A DNA stretch of 64,000 nt from Acidobacteriota bacterium (GCA_965248695.1 CBDFKD010000002.1:3808001-3872000); one strand, 5' to 3'; shown: positions 17,244 to 27,018, numbered from the stretch's first letter. Notes: a model not told the origin generated them from the letters alone. Numbers and translations are program-made.

Positions 17244-20123
17244 TCAGAAGGAAAGTCGTGCCCCGAGCCGAAACTGCCGCCCGGGCAGCAGACGTGTAGA
17301 GTCGCGGGGCAGCCCGACGCTGGAGAGTCTGTTGCCTTCGGCGTCGCGCTCAAGGCTGAACGTTCGGTCGATTCGATCTCTGACGCTGGTCGGGGAGAAG
17401 TCGTTGAGCATGTTGAACCCGTCGACCATCAACTCGAACCGGCCATTCCCAAAATTAAAGGACTTCGAGAGCCGCAGATCGAGCTGCCTATGCGAATCCC
17501 ACCGCCTGCTGCGAACCTTCTCGATGTTTGTGCTGCCGTAGGCGGCGTTGAGCAATTGGGGAATCCCCCTGGATCCGTGCCTGACCTTGAGGTTCCACGG
17601 CCGACCCGACGCCAAGTTCCAGTACATACCCAAGAGGATGTCTCCGGGCAGCCTGTAGTTGCCCAGTATCTTCCAGCTCCACGTCCTGCTGAAGCGCAAC
17701 GGACCCGACTCGGAGAAAGGGTGGCCGTTGAAGTTCGGGTTGTCTTCTTCGTCGAAGCCCCTACCCCAGATGGTCTGGCCGTCGCCATTCTCTATCCTTC
17801 CCTCGTTGTTCTGGTAGGTGAGCGAGGTGCTGAAGTTGAGGCCGGAACCCGTTCGCCGTCGGTCCAGCGACAGCGTCACGATGTTGTGCCACCGCACATA
17901 GTAGTCGCTGTTATCGAAGACGTTCTCGATAGCGCCGCTGGGTTTCGAGTAGAGCGTCTGCGTCGTCGGCGTATCGAGGAATCCGGGCACCACCGGGCTG
18001 GTGTATTCGAAGGGCGTAAACACATGGTCAATGATGTCGTTGTAGATGAACATGTTGCTGTCATCTTTGCGGATGTAGTCGAGACCCACGATCCAGTCCC
18101 TGACTAATTCATACTCGAATCCGAAATTGAAGACATCCGTGTGCGTCGACTTCAAGCCGGGGGTGATCGGAAAGATATCGGCGTCGAACGAAGTCCGGTT
18201 CGCGAGTTGGAAGACAGCGTCTTGCAGCGCTAACGCTTGCGCGTCGGTCGGGTTGAACGGGTCGTAGTCGGCAGGGAACATACCGTCAGGTATTGCGAAG
18301 AAGAACCTCTGGTTGGGTTCGTATGGGTCCGTGAACGCGCCGCCGGTGGCTCTCGAGACGTGTCCGATGGAGATCTTCTCGAAGTAGCGCCCCCAGCTGC
18401 CATGGAACACGGCACGGCCATCACCGCTCACATCCAAGGTTGCACCAAGGCGTGGCGCCAAGTTGTCGTACCTGTCTACCTGAGCCCCAACCACCCCACC
18501 CTTCATGTCGTAACCGGTCGTCCGGTCAAAGCGCAGCCCGAGGTTGAGGGTGAGCTTGTCGCTAGCGGTAGCGTTATCCTGGATAAAGGCCGACTGGCGT
18601 AGCATTCGGGCCTCGAGGCCACGGTTGGAGATACGCCCATATACGTTGGAGCCATAGGTATACATGGCCCCTCTACCGGTAATCTTAGCAATCCAGGTGG
18701 ACCAAAGGTCGTTGTAGTCGAGACCGACCTTGAGGTCATGCGCGGCGCCCAGGAAGTCGTCGACGTACTGGGTCACCGTTGCCGTGACATTTTTCGAGGC
18801 GTTGTCCTCGTCCTCCACGAAGCCACGGGTGAGCCTCCGCGACCCGCTGAACCAATAATCCGGTATGTCGCAGCACACGAGCGGGATGCGCAAGAAGTCC
18901 GCCCTATTGTATGCGAGGCGGAGATCGGTGAAGGTGTTGTCGCCCAGTTGGGATTGCCAGGTGAACAACGCGGTCGTGCTGCTGTACTCGGTATCCATGG
19001 CGACGTCGAGCGGCGAACCTGGTCGCAGGTCGATGTTCGACTGGCCGCCCGGATCCTGGTTGATCATGAACCCGAACGTGTTGGTGTCGTTGAGCAAGAA
19101 ATCCAGCTTGCCGTGCAGTGCCCACCTATCGTTACCCTGCTGGGCATCATCGACGGCGATTCCACCGTTCTCCCAGAACGAGTCGGCGGCAATCGAATCG
19201 AGCTTTTCTTGACGGGAGACACCGGCAAAGAACAGCAGCTTGTTCCGCGCAATCGGGCCACCGACAGAGGCGGCAACCTCGCGGTCGTAGGAGAACTTTC
19301 CGCGCTCGAGATCCACGATGCCGCGCGAGTTGTCGGTTCTCAGAGAGCCGTTCTGCCAGTAGTAAGAGCCCGAGCCATGAAACGCGTTGGTGCCCCCCTT
19401 GGTCACAATATTGACCATCGCGCCAGTGAAGTGGCTGTACTCGGCGCTGGCGCCGATACCGACAATCTGGATCTCGGCGATCGTCTCCACGTTCGGGTTG
19501 ACAAAGGTGAGACCCCAGTCCAGCTCGTTGATGTCAACGCCGTTGAGCCGGTAGCCGTTGGTTGCGGCACCTTGCCGATGCACGCTAGTGCCCTCGGAGT
19601 GGTTGCCGCCGGCGCCATAGGCTCCCTTGTCGGCGAAACCAGCGGCGAAGTCGGTCATGTTGGCGAACTCACGCGCCACCGGAACGTTTTCCAGCAGATC
19701 CGCGCCGTATGACGTCGTAAGCGATGCCGACTCTATGTCGATCAACGGCGTCTCGGAGACGACTGTGACCGTCTCTGCGACCCCCGCCAGCTCCAGTTCC
19801 GCAATCACGGTTGACGCCGTGCCGACGTTCACCGGGACGTTGTAGGCTATCGTTTGGAACCCGGTGAGCGAGACCGTGACGATGTACATTCCCGGCCTGA
19901 GATTACGAAACCGGAAGTTGCCCGAGACGTCGCTTACCTCCGAGACAGATACCTGGATGAGGTTGTCTCCCTCGAGGGTGACGGTGGCGCCGGGCAGCCC
20001 CGCACCATCCACGTCCCGAACCACTCCGGCGATATCCCCCTGCGTCCGCTCACCCTGCGCCATCGCCTGCGCGGGGAGTATCAGGAGCATGGCAACAGTC
20101 AAGACGGCAAGCTTGGCGCGCAT
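17244..20123 (-). CDS. TonB-dependent receptor with carboxypeptidase-regulatory-like N-terminal domain
   Basis: AGGAGG RBS before ATG 20123; LPGATVTL..GNFRFRNLRPGMY, NIVTKGGTNAFHGS, LTLNLGLRFD, C-terminal RLGARLSF. Confidence 0.92.
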   Translation of the reverse strand: MRAKLAVLTVAMLLILPAQAMAQGERTQGDIAGVVRDVDGAGLPGATVTLEGDNLIQVSVSEVSDVSGNFRFRNLRPGMYIVTVSLTGFQTIAYNVPVNVGTASTVIAELELAGVAETVTVVSETPLIDIESASLTTSYGADLLENVPVAREFANMTDFAAGFADKGAYGAGGNHSEGTSVHRQGAATNGYRLNGVDINELDWGLTFVNPNVETIAEIQIVGIGASAEYSHFTGAMVNIVTKGGTNAFHGSGSYYWQNGSLRTDNSRGIVDLERGKFSYDREVAASVGGPIARNKLLFFAGVSRQEKLDSIAADSFWENGGIAVDDAQQGNDRWALHGKLDFLLNDTNTFGFMINQDPGGQSNIDLRPGSPLDVAMDTEYSSTTALFTWQSQLGDNTFTDLRLAYNRADFLRIPLVCCDIPDYWFSGSRRLTRGFVEDEDNASKNVTATVTQYVDDFLGAAHDLKVGLDYNDLWSTWIAKITGRGAMYTYGSNVYGRISNRGLEARMLRQSAFIQDNATASDKLTLNLGLRFDRTTGYDMKGGVVGAQVDRYDNLAPRLGATLDVSGDGRAVFHGSWGRYFEKISIGHVSRATGGAFTDPYEPNQRFFFAIPDGMFPADYDPFNPTDAQALALQDAVFQLANRTSFDADIFPITPGLKSTHTDVFNFGFEYELVRDWIVGLDYIRKDDSNMFIYNDIIDHVFTPFEYTSPVVPGFLDTPTTQTLYSKPSGAIENVFDNSDYYVRWHNIVTLSLDRRRTGSGLNFSTSLTYQNNEGRIENGDGQTIWGRGFDEEDNPNFNGHPFSESGPLRFSRTWSWKILGNYRLPGDILLGMYWNLASGRPWNLKVRHGSRGIPQLLNAAYGSTNIEKVRSRRWDSHRQLDLRLSKSFNFGNGRFELMVDGFNMLNDFSPTSVRDRIDRTFSLERDAEGNRLSSVGLPRDSTRLLPGRQFRLGARLSF

Positions 20124-20320
20124 TCCACACCTCCTGGGCAACTCGTCACCCGGGGCAACGGCGTCGCCCGACATTGAATTGACTAATGCTTCAGAAGGTG
20201 GTATTAGCATCGTACAGTAACCTCTGTCAACGGCCTGACCCGAATTGACCCAAACCCCGAAAACCTCTGCCAGAAGACGTCGTTGACTTTTGACAGACCC
20301 CATGGTAATAGCGCTTCATC

Positions 20321-20334
20321 TATGCTTGCATACA
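20321..20334. promoter_or_regulatory. Possible GntR/FadR-type operator in the divergent promoter region
   Basis: Inverted repeat TATGC-TT-GCATA(CA) in an AT-richer intergenic region that also has TTGAC boxes on both strands. Confidence 0.3.
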
Positions 20335-20367
20335 GGTATCTGAACGTCTTGGCCGCCGGAGGATGGT

Positions 20368-21900
20368 ATGAGCAAGAACAAAAAGGAGAACAAGCGAAAG
20401 AAGGTCAGCCGTCGCGACTTCGCCAAGACTTCGGTTGCGGCAGGAGCAGCTGCGGTGGCGCTTCCCAAGGCGCTGCGTGGTGAAACGCTGGCTACGAAGG
20501 GAACGTCGGAAGCAGCAAAAGCCGCGGCAGCCGCACCTCGGGGCCCGATCACGATGCCGCCCGAAGTGACGTATGGCGGCGAGGATTTTGACGGTCGCGA
20601 TGTGCTGCTGGAGGACATCATGTCGCCACCCGGCGAGGCCCCCAGCTATCCGGGCGGGTGGCAAGAAGGAACCACGATTCCGGCCGAATACTACCTCGAC
20701 GAGAAGCACTGGCTGAACGAAGAGCGCTTCCTGCAAGATCATTTCTGGTTCATGGCCGACCATGAGAGCCGCATTCCCAATCCGGGCGACTACTTCGTCT
20801 TCGAGTTCGGCCGTGGCGGCAGCCTCATCATCACGCGCGCCAACGACGGTGCCGTGAAGGCCTACCACAACGTCTGCCGACACCGCGGATCGCGGCTCTG
20901 CCTGCACGGTTTCGACAAGGACCTGCCGGGCGAGGCGACGCTCGACGGCAAGCCGGTGGACTCGCGGCTGTCGGTAGCCCAACAAGGACCGAGCGGTAAC
21001 ACAGCGGTCTTTCGTTGCCCGTATCACGCCTGGACCTACGATCTCGACGGCAAGCTGATCTCGGCGCCGACCGGGATGCCAGAGGGGTTCGAACAAGACC
21101 AGCACGGCCTGCACCCGGCCCACGTGCAGATGGTCGAAGGCTTCATCTTCGTCAACCTGGCCGACGAAGAACCAGCGGGCTTCGACGACTTCGTGACCAG
21201 GTGGCGAGGGGTCTGCGAGTTCTATGGAACCGCGAATCTGAAAGTAGTAGCTCGCAAGCAGTACCCGACGAAGGCGAACTGGAAGCTGGCGGTCGAGAAC
21301 TTCCAGGAGTGCTATCACTGCGAGCCGGCGCACAAGTCGTTGGTGATGGTCCAGTGGTGGCAGCAAGCGCACGTGATGACCCCCGAGCAACGCGCCAACC
21401 TCGAGCAGGAACTGGTGAGCCACGAGCACTTGGAGCGGCAACAGGACAACGCGAACCAGAGCAGCTACACGATGAACCGCCACCTCTCACCCGGCTTCGT
21501 CACCGGCAGCCTCGATGGCAAGCCGGTGGCGCCGCTCATCCTCGACGAGTGGACGCATCAGCGGCGCGGCGCAACGACCGGTTTCTCGACGTCGTTCTTC
21601 GCCGCCTACGACGACCACATCGCGGTCGCCCGCTTCACCCCACGAGACATACAGTCGACCGATGTCGAGATCTTCTGGCTGGTCAAGGGCGACGCCAAGG
21701 ATGCAGAGGTGGACGTGGAGCGCATGATGGAGCTCTGGGACGTCACCTACCGAGAGGATCTATGGATCGTCGAGAACAACCAGCACGGCATCCAGAACAG
21801 TCGCTACAACTACGGCGGCGGGCAACCGTACGCCACGCGAGAAGGGGGACCGGCCGGATTCATCAAGTGGTACATGACCGAGATCGCACCGCACGCGTAA
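20368..21900 (+). CDS. Rieske non-heme iron oxygenase alpha subunit (GbcA / choline monooxygenase-like group) with Tat-like signal
   Basis: SRRDFAK plus hydrophobic stretch; NVCRHRG...CPYHAWTY Rieske ligands; NWKLAVENFQECYHCEPAH and EDLWIVENNQ iron-site motifs. Confidence 0.9.
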   Translation: MSKNKKENKRKKVSRRDFAKTSVAAGAAAVALPKALRGETLATKGTSEAAKAAAAAPRGPITMPPEVTYGGEDFDGRDVLLEDIMSPPGEAPSYPGGWQEGTTIPAEYYLDEKHWLNEERFLQDHFWFMADHESRIPNPGDYFVFEFGRGGSLIITRANDGAVKAYHNVCRHRGSRLCLHGFDKDLPGEATLDGKPVDSRLSVAQQGPSGNTAVFRCPYHAWTYDLDGKLISAPTGMPEGFEQDQHGLHPAHVQMVEGFIFVNLADEEPAGFDDFVTRWRGVCEFYGTANLKVVARKQYPTKANWKLAVENFQECYHCEPAHKSLVMVQWWQQAHVMTPEQRANLEQELVSHEHLERQQDNANQSSYTMNRHLSPGFVTGSLDGKPVAPLILDEWTHQRRGATTGFSTSFFAAYDDHIAVARFTPRDIQSTDVEIFWLVKGDAKDAEVDVERMMELWDVTYREDLWIVENNQHGIQNSRYNYGGGQPYATREGGPAGFIKWYMTEIAPHA

Positions 21901-21984
21901 GCCGGCCTCCGTTCGCTTGGTCCATCACCGCAGGCGTGCTCTGAAGCTCACAACCGAAGGGGCGCCCTGACTCGAGGAATAGGT

Positions 21985-23949
21985 ATGCGCGATCGTGGAC
22001 TCGGAATGGACCGCAATATCACCCGGCGCGACTTAGTCAACGGCGTGAGCGTCGCTGTCGGCGGTGCGATGGCCTTGCCGGCCAGGCTTCGCGCCGCAGG
22101 CGTCAGCCAGGCCCACGCCCCCGAGAAGGCAACCGACTATTACCCGCCGGCCCGTACCGGTATGCGGGGATCGCACCCCGGTTCGTTCGAGGCGGCCCAC
22201 GCCGCCCGCGACGGCGTCACGTGGGATGACGCCGAGGACACCGGCGAGACCTACGACCTGATCGTCGTCGGCGCCGGCCTCAGCGGTCTGGCGGCGGCGT
22301 ACTTCTTCCGCAAGGCGACGAGCCCCGACGCCCGCGTGCTGATCCTCGAGAACCACGACGACTTTGGCGGCCACGCCAGGCGCAACGAGTTCGAGCACGA
22401 CGGCCAAGTGCTGCTGGTGACCGGCGGCACGTCTTACATGGTGACGCCGGAGCGCTACCCGCTGGCGGCGCGGGAGATGCTCCAGGATATCGGTGTCGAG
22501 CTGGATCATCCTACCAACAACGTCCATCGAGGGATGTTCAGGGAGTTGGGGCTGGAGCCAGCCGTTTTCTTTGGCAAGGAGAGCTTCGGGAAGGACGTCC
22601 TGGTCAACGGCAGCGTCCGGCGACCCACGGAGGAGTTCCTCGCCAAGACGCCGCTCACTGAGCCGATACGCCGGGACCTGCTGCGGCTCTGGAACGACCG
22701 GCGCGACTATCTGCCGGGGCTGTCCAGGGCGGAGAAGATCCAGCGGCTTCAACGCATCAGCTACCGCGACTACCTGCTGGATGTCGTCCAAGTGCATCCG
22801 GACGTGCTGCCGCTGGTTGGTGGGGTCTGGTGTCTGGGCGCCGATACCTCGAGCGCGTGGTTCGCCCTCTATCGCGGCCTGCCGGGCTTCCAGGGGCTCG
22901 GCTTCGAGGTTCCGCCGGAGTCACCGGCCCACCCGGACCACGACACCACCGACGTCTACTTCCCGGCCGGCAACTCCGACATCGCGCGGATGATCGTGCG
23001 CTCGTTGATCCCGGCGGCCCTACCAGCGGGATCGATGGCGAGCGTCGAGCTCCGGCGAACCAACTACTCGAAGCTTGACGAGCCGCACCAGCCCGTGCGT
23101 CTGCGGCTCAACAGCGCCGCCGTCCGCGCGCAGCATGTCGGCGATCCACCGCAGGTCTTGAGCTCGGACTCCCGCGAGACCGAGATCACCTACGTCCGCG
23201 GTGGCAAGGCCTACCGGGTGCGCGGCAAGGGCTGTGTGTTGGCCTGCTACCACACCATGATCCCGCACCTGTGTCCCGAGCTTCCATCCGAGCAGAAGGA
23301 AGCGCTGAGCCTCGCCGCACGCGCCGTGAATATGTCCACCAACGTCCTGGTGCGCGACTGGCGGGCACTCGAGGAGCTCGGCGTCTCCAGCGTTTCGTGT
23401 CCGGGCTCGTTCTACAGCGCCATCCGCCCTCGCGCACCGATCACGCTCGGGACTTACGATCCACCGCGCACGCCCGCCGACCCGATCGTCGTCTCGCTGG
23501 GGGCTGGCGGAGGGGTGCTCTCCTGGGAACCGATGGTTCGCGGCCTACGCCGCGGCGAGCCGATCCCCCCGGACACACCGGTTCGGGATCAGATGCGAGC
23601 GGTGCGACAAGCGCTCCTGGAGACATCCTTCGAGGACTTCGAACGACGGATCCGCGACCAGATGGCGCGGGTGCTGTCGCCGGCGGGCTTCGACCCGGCG
23701 CGCGACATCGAGGCGATCACCGTGAACCGCTGGCCGCACGGCTACGCCCTGGCGACCAACACGCTGTTCGATCCGGAGTCGCCTCCCGGCGAGGAGCCCT
23801 GGAAGGTCGCCAGTCAGCCCTTCGGGCGGATCACGATCGCCAACACCGATGCCTCGGGGATCGATCTCACCCAGACCGCCTTCGACGAGGCGCACCGCGC
23901 GGTCGGAGAGCTCATGCAGATGCGCCACGGCTGGTTCCCGCGGATCTAA
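21985..23949 (+). CDS. Spermidine dehydrogenase (SpdH)-like FAD oxidoreductase with Tat signal
   Basis: LGMDRNITRRDLVNG, YYPPARTGMRGSHPGSFEAAH, VVGAGLSGLAAA, NHDDFGGHARRNEF, ITVNRWPHGYA. Confidence 0.88.
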   Translation: MRDRGLGMDRNITRRDLVNGVSVAVGGAMALPARLRAAGVSQAHAPEKATDYYPPARTGMRGSHPGSFEAAHAARDGVTWDDAEDTGETYDLIVVGAGLSGLAAAYFFRKATSPDARVLILENHDDFGGHARRNEFEHDGQVLLVTGGTSYMVTPERYPLAAREMLQDIGVELDHPTNNVHRGMFRELGLEPAVFFGKESFGKDVLVNGSVRRPTEEFLAKTPLTEPIRRDLLRLWNDRRDYLPGLSRAEKIQRLQRISYRDYLLDVVQVHPDVLPLVGGVWCLGADTSSAWFALYRGLPGFQGLGFEVPPESPAHPDHDTTDVYFPAGNSDIARMIVRSLIPAALPAGSMASVELRRTNYSKLDEPHQPVRLRLNSAAVRAQHVGDPPQVLSSDSRETEITYVRGGKAYRVRGKGCVLACYHTMIPHLCPELPSEQKEALSLAARAVNMSTNVLVRDWRALEELGVSSVSCPGSFYSAIRPRAPITLGTYDPPRTPADPIVVSLGAGGGVLSWEPMVRGLRRGEPIPPDTPVRDQMRAVRQALLETSFEDFERRIRDQMARVLSPAGFDPARDIEAITVNRWPHGYALATNTLFDPESPPGEEPWKVASQPFGRITIANTDASGIDLTQTAFDEAHRAVGELMQMRHGWFPRI

Positions 23950-23951
23950 GT

Positions 23952-24331
23952 GGCGTTGGTGCATGGCTCGGAGCTAAGGGGAGCTTCCCCGTCCTCCGAG
24001 AGGGGTTCACGCCACTCGGTAGCTGTCGGGCATCCCGAGACGAGCCATCGTATTGAGGATCCTGCACGCAGGTCGCACTTCCACGCGTTGGCCCACCAAC
24101 GTGCGACTCCGCATGTCTCGGGCGATGATCGTCTTGTATCGATAGATCGCGTTCTCGACCATGGCGCGCTTGCTATAGCCGGCCCGACTCGTACTCAGGC
24201 CAATTGCGAATCCGATATCGAGACTTCGCGTACTTGTACTGGCTCCGTTTCGGGTACTTCATGGGTGGCAACTCCAGATCGGGGACCTTGCCACGATGAT
24301 GCACTGAGATCAGGAGCCATGCACCAACGCC
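23952..24331 (-). mobile_element. Internally deleted (MITE-like) IS5-family IS903-group element, 380 bp
   Basis: Perfect 18-bp terminal IRs GGCGTTGGTGCATGGCTC / GAGCCATGCACCAACGCC; transposase N-terminus (MKYPKRSQYKYAKSRYRIRNWPEYE, from 24262) joined to the C-terminus with the Y(2)R(3)E(6)K motif (YSKRAMVENAIYRYK); no target duplication. Confidence 0.88.
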
Positions 24332-24433
24332 CCGACGAGCGTCGCGAGCGCCGGTCGTGATGGGAGTGTCGCTACAGCCCAAGGGCCAATATGATGTCGC
24401 TATCCGGTCTCGAAAAATCGTCGTGAGGAAATT

Positions 24434-24649
24434 ATGTTCGGCTCGATCGGGGGCACTGAGCTGCTCATCATCCTGGTGATCGCGCTCGTGGTGTTCGGCC
24501 CGAAGCGTCTGCCGGAGCTGGGACGCACGATTGGCAAGGGTCTGAGTGAGTTCCGACGAGCCTCGAACGACCTGAAACGCTCGCTTGAAGATGAGATCAC
24601 GCTCGATGAGCACCGCAGCGAGCGGACGGGATCTCGCGATACTGACTGA
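24434..24649 (+). CDS. tatA: Twin-arginine translocase TatA/TatE family subunit
   Basis: MFGSIGGTELLIILVIALVVFGPKRLPELGRTIGKGLSEFRR; GAGG RBS. Confidence 0.9.
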   Translation: MFGSIGGTELLIILVIALVVFGPKRLPELGRTIGKGLSEFRRASNDLKRSLEDEITLDEHRSERTGSRDTD

Positions 24650-24747
24650 GCGGGTGGACCGACTGAGCGAGTGGTCGGAGTAACCGCGCGGTGAGCGAGT
24701 CTGAAGGCGCGACGATGGCCGCCGACCAGTCGGGAGCTGGCCGGAGC

Positions 24748-24830
24748 GAGACACTACCAGCTTTTCGGTAGTGTCCCATTATGAAAGTCACTGAAAGTCA
24801 GTTTGGCACCGATTTTGCGGACGTTTCGGG
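24748..24830. other. Putative recombination/attachment site: inverted core plus tandem repeats
   Basis: GACACTACC-AGCTTTTC-GGTAGTGTC, then TGAAAGTCA x2 (24782..24800), then arm-like TGGCACCGATTTTG (24804). Confidence 0.5.
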
Positions 24831-24899
24831 TGGCACTTGTGGCCTGCTAGCCTTTGTAGCGGGGTCGAAAGCGTGCAGGGGTAGGAGTGAGCGCGGGAG

Positions 24900-25048
24900 A
24901 TGATCACCGACTACGAGGCGGGCCGAATTTCGGCGTATGCCGAGTGGGTAGCCTGGGGCACCTCTTCGGTTACAGCACCGACGCTGAGCGTAGACTCCAT
25001 CACCATCAGAGCGACGGCGACACGGGTCACCGCGATTACTGGTGTTGA
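24900..25048 (+). pseudogene. Short ORF of unknown origin, cut by the IS3 element
   Basis: GGAG RBS, MITDYEAGRISAYAEWVAWG...TGVD running into the IS left end; no continuation after the IS. Confidence 0.35.
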
Positions 25049-25126
25049 TGACCTGCCCCCCAATAATCGGGCCAGTCTGAGAGTTTAGGATTTGAGGCTC
25101 TCAGGATGGCGCGGGAAGGGGGAAGA

Positions 25127-25405
25127 ATGGCGCGGAAGCGGTACACTGTAGAGCAGATCATCGCCAAGCTCAGGGAGGCAGAGATCGAGCTAGCGAAAGG
25201 GGCCAAGACACCGGAGGCATGCCGCAAGCTGGGAATCAGCGAGAACACGTACTACCGGTGGCGTAAGGAGTACGGCGGCCTGAGGGTGGATCAGGCGAGG
25301 CGACTCAAGGAGCTGGAGCGCGAGAACGGCCGGCTCAAGAAGCTGCTGGCGGAGACGATGCTCGACAACGCCATCCTCAAAGAGGTGTCGTCGGGAAACT
25401 TCTGA
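25127..25405 (+). CDS. IS3 transposase OrfA
   Basis: [42 protein letters not shown]; ends in GGGAAACTTCTGA frameshift window. Confidence 0.92.
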   Translation: MARKRYTVEQIIAKLREAEIELAKGAKTPEACRKLGISENTYYRWRKEYGGLRVDQARRLKELERENGRLKKLLAETMLDNAILKEVSSGNF

Positions 25406-25428
25406 GCCCGACACGTCGACGTCGGGCG

Positions 25429-26286
25429 GTGCAGAAGGCGCAGCAATCGCTGGGTGTGTCTGAGAGGCGAGCCTGCAGAGTGCTGGGCCAGGTGCGCTCG
25501 ACGCAGCAGTATCGAGCCAAGGTGCCGCAACAGGAGACGGCGCTGGTGGAGCGGATGACCCAGTTGGCGATGCAGTACGGGCGCTACGGATACCGGCGGA
25601 TCACGGCTCTGATGGTGCGGGAAGGGTGGCGAGTGAATCACAAGAGGATCGAGCGGTTATGGCGTCGTGAGAGGCTGAAGGTACCGAGAAAGCAGCCCAA
25701 GCGCCGACGCTTGTGGCTCAACGATGGATCGTGCGTGCGACTGAGGCCGGAAAGGAAAGATCACGTCTGGGCCTACGACTTCGTGCACGAACGAACTCAC
25801 GACGGGCGAGCGCTTCGTCTGCTGACGATCGTGGATGAATACACCAGGGAGTGCTTGGCCATCGATGTGGCGCGCAGACTCAACTCCGAGGATGTGTTGG
25901 AGCGACTCGCTGAGCTGTTCGTGAACCGTGGAGTTCCGGATCACATCCGCTCCGACAACGGACCGGAGTTCACTTCTCGGGCAGTGCGTGAGTGGCTCGA
26001 GCGGATCGGCGTGGGGACGCTGTTCATCGAGCCCGGTTCGCCATGGGAGAACGGCTACGTGGAGAGCTTCAACGGCAAGCTCCGCGACGAGCTGCTGAAC
26101 GGCGAGATCTTCTACACGCTCAAGGAGGCGCAGTGCTTGGTGCACCGCTGGCGCCGCCAGTACAACCAGGTGCGGCCCCATAGCTCGTTGGGCTATCGAC
26201 CGCCTGCACCCGAAGCGACGTTGTTGCAGCCGGCTACGCTCCGCTTCGCCAGCTCCAACAATCTCTTGCCAGTACCGATTCTATGA
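25429..26286 (+). CDS. IS3 transposase OrfB (DDE), probably expressed by -1 frameshift
   Basis: [41 protein letters not shown]. Confidence 0.95.
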   Translation: MQKAQQSLGVSERRACRVLGQVRSTQQYRAKVPQQETALVERMTQLAMQYGRYGYRRITALMVREGWRVNHKRIERLWRRERLKVPRKQPKRRRLWLNDGSCVRLRPERKDHVWAYDFVHERTHDGRALRLLTIVDEYTRECLAIDVARRLNSEDVLERLAELFVNRGVPDHIRSDNGPEFTSRAVREWLERIGVGTLFIEPGSPWENGYVESFNGKLRDELLNGEIFYTLKEAQCLVHRWRRQYNQVRPHSSLGYRPPAPEATLLQPATLRFASSNNLLPVPIL

Positions 26287-26320
26287 GTTACGAAGTGGCC
26301 CAAACACTTGGGGCAGGTCA

Positions 26321-26539
26321 GCGAGATCTTCTACACGCTCAAGGAGGCGCAGTGCTTGGTGCACCGCTGGCGCCGCCAGTACAACCAGGTGCGGCCCCAT
26401 AGCTCGTTGGGCTATCGACCGCCTGCACCCGAAGCGACGTTGTTGCAGCCGGCTACGCTCCGCTTCGCCAGCTCCAACAATCTCTTGCCAGTACCGATTC
26501 TATGAGTTACGAAGTGGCCCAAACACTTGGGGCAGGTCA
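26321..26539 (+). repeat. Tandem 219-bp duplicate of the IS3 right end (copy of 26102..26320)
   Basis: gcgagatcttctacacg...ggggcaggtca repeated immediately; looks identical by eye. Confidence 0.95.
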
Positions 26540-26694
26540 ACGTGATGCCGTTTGGCTGGTAATCTATAGGTACACGTCGAAGCTGTGATGTACGGCGAGT
26601 GATTCTGTGCTCGCTTGCTCGAGTTGAGCAGTGCCGATGGTCGGCGCCACACCCCGTATCCAGCAGCATTCGCAATTGTAAGGAAGAGCAGCAA

Positions 26695-26895
26695 ATGGCT
26701 GAAGGCACTGTCAAGTGGTTCAACGACACCAAGGGCTTCGGGTTTATCGCGCAGGAAGGTGGTGAAGACGTCTTCGTCCACCAGACCGCGATCTCCATGG
26801 AAGGCCACCGCACGCTGATGGAGAACCAGAAGGTCCAGTTCGACATCCAGCAAGGCCCCAAGGGTCTCCAGGCAGCGAACGTCCGCGTTCTCTAG
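26695..26895 (+). CDS. cspA: Cold-shock protein
   Basis: [37 protein letters not shown] (RNP1/RNP2); symbol is family-level only. Confidence 0.95.
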   Translation: MAEGTVKWFNDTKGFGFIAQEGGEDVFVHQTAISMEGHRTLMENQKVQFDIQQGPKGLQAANVRVL

Positions 26896-26941
26896 CCTGA
26901 GCGCTATTTCGAGTCGATCTGGCTCGAACTAGCACGAATCT

Positions 26942-26982
26942 GGCGCCGTCCCGCTTCTGCGTGGGACGGCGCCTTTTTCTTT
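26942..26982 (+). terminator. Rho-independent terminator
   Basis: GGCGCCGTCCC-loop-GGGACGGCGCC followed by TTTTTCTTT. Confidence 0.9.
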
Positions 26983-27018
26983 GTCAGCGTCGCAGAAGCA
27001 ACGAGCTGATCAGGCGCC

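Larger units (their letters stand above)
25049..26320 (+). mobile_element. IS3-family insertion sequence (IS407-group-like), copy 1
   Basis: Termini TGACCTGCCCC...GGGGCAGGTCA; orfA/orfB organisation; no flanking direct repeat. Confidence 0.95.
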
